From Lingula anatina (Eukaryota > Animalia > Brachiopoda), in NCBI GenBank assembly GCA_051362555.1, contig CM120649.1, positions 18,986,567-19,050,566 on the forward strand: 64,000 nucleotides of DNA, in the 5' to 3' direction. The translations under genes and the position numbers were made by a program. Below are positions 62,474 to 64,000 of the stretch, piece by piece. The notes under the pieces are model-generated. The model was not told the DNA's origin and did not search any database. It saw only the letters and a list, made by a program, of their open reading frames with translations. Numbering within the stretch: position 1 is the first letter of the stretch; each line of letters starts with the position of its first letter.

Positions 62474-62540
<67 letters not shown>

Positions 62541-62934
62541 TTTAATTTCCCCGTGTAGTGCTGTCTTGGGTCGGGCTTCTAGAATTTTTCACAGGTGCCA
62601 GTGAGGGGCTGTTGTGTAATTTCAGTTTTTTTTCAATGGTTATTTTTATAATTTGACATTGTGCTTTCGTCATATCACTGGCGTTCTCTCCAATTAGCCT
62701 TTGACACGAGATATACATGTGCCATCGGCAAATATTTTCACTGCTGTGCTTCATTCCTTAGCCGTGTGATGAAATCTCCTAACAAGCTCATTCCATGTTA
62801 TTGATGAAGTAATTAATTATATCAATAATTGATTGATTAACTGATTACTTTATATCTATGCTTTGATTATCAATTTATGATATTGAGAATTGAGTTTTCC
62901 TGGGGAGGTCTTCCCTCTCTGTTTGCGTTTTAGC

Positions 62935-62989
<55 letters not shown>

Positions 62990-63168
62990 TCTAAATGAAG
63001 CTTATTTGTTAGATACTTATATGGTTATTTGGTTACTTACGTACTTAATTAGTAATTTAGTTATCAATACCGAGACCTTGAATCACTCACTTCCTTATTC
63101 ACGGACGATCAGACAGACACACGGACAGACGGACGGTCTGTCAAGAATCGTGCAATGTTTATTTACGA

Positions 63169-63212
<44 letters not shown>

Positions 63213-64000
63213 AAAAAGATACATATAGATAGACAGATTTGGCAATCTAAGTAATACATTTCATAACAGCGCACACTTTCATAACAGTACACAGTGTTAT
63301 AAAAGCCCGTATGGTTTCTAATCCCTGGTCACATATCTCCTGTTTATTAGTTGAATCTCGAACCACTTGTGAAAAGGATTAACCATCCGACGTGTTAATT
63401 CTCTTTGTTATAATTTTCAGGACGTGTCAATTGCCATAATCTAACCTGTTTATTTTGTAACTTTTGAATCAAATCTAGATTAGGTTTAGATACTTACCTG
63501 CGAAAATGTCTATGAAGTATTGCTTATTTATTTTACTTTCTGTTTTTCATTTATTCATGTTTCATTTCTCATTTATTCAATTCTTTATTTCGTTTATCTT
63601 TTATTCACCTTTTTTAAAGATAACCTTCACTGATTAATGGCGGCTGAGGAGCACGGTTTTCCCTTGAATGCAGTGATAATATGTACTTGAAATTCCATTT
63701 TACTAGAAGAACAGACACACGTAAAGCATTTCTCTTCAAATCCTGTTTATAGTCAAAGTGTATTTTGCGAATTTTAAGTCTACGAATTCTTAATCCAATG
63801 AGCAAATTTAATGCACTTAGTACTTTTATATCAACGCCAACTTCCTTGTCTTATTAGAACTTAAAGTTCTGTGTGAATCGTTTCTCTATATATTGAAAGT
63901 GGAAACAAATTCTGGTTTGAGTCAATAGATTAATGCGTGTACATTAATACACGTGATAGATTAAAAGATAATAGGCCTACATGTAGCACTCCCTAAATAT

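Overview
AT-rich, intron-containing animal genomic DNA; the gene families and repeats look like a marine invertebrate, probably a lophotrochozoan or mollusc (inference, not demonstrated). Left to right: (1) a 3'-truncated LRR gene on the minus strand with two coding tandem repeats, missed by the ORF track; (2) a degenerate sarcoplasmic Ca-binding (SCP) EF-hand gene; (3) a secreted Spaetzle-like cystine-knot locus in which two duplicated 3-exon cassettes appear to share one terminal exon; (4) two tandem minus-strand paralogues with an N-terminal TM helix and a C-terminal hydrophobic, GPI-like tail, one carrying a somatomedin-B-like Cys-rich region; (5) a C2CD6/ALS2CR11 (CatSper-tau)-like gene whose largest intron hosts an antisense protein kinase with HRD replaced by IFD; (6) a complete 20-exon PEX1, head-to-head with the C2CD6-like gene; (7) about 21 kb with no recognisable coding sequence. 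Several MITE-like inverted repeats, a LINE remnant and many microsatellites are present. Gene models were built by hand from GT-AG junctions and phase consistency. Family calls come from motif recognition; no database search was run.
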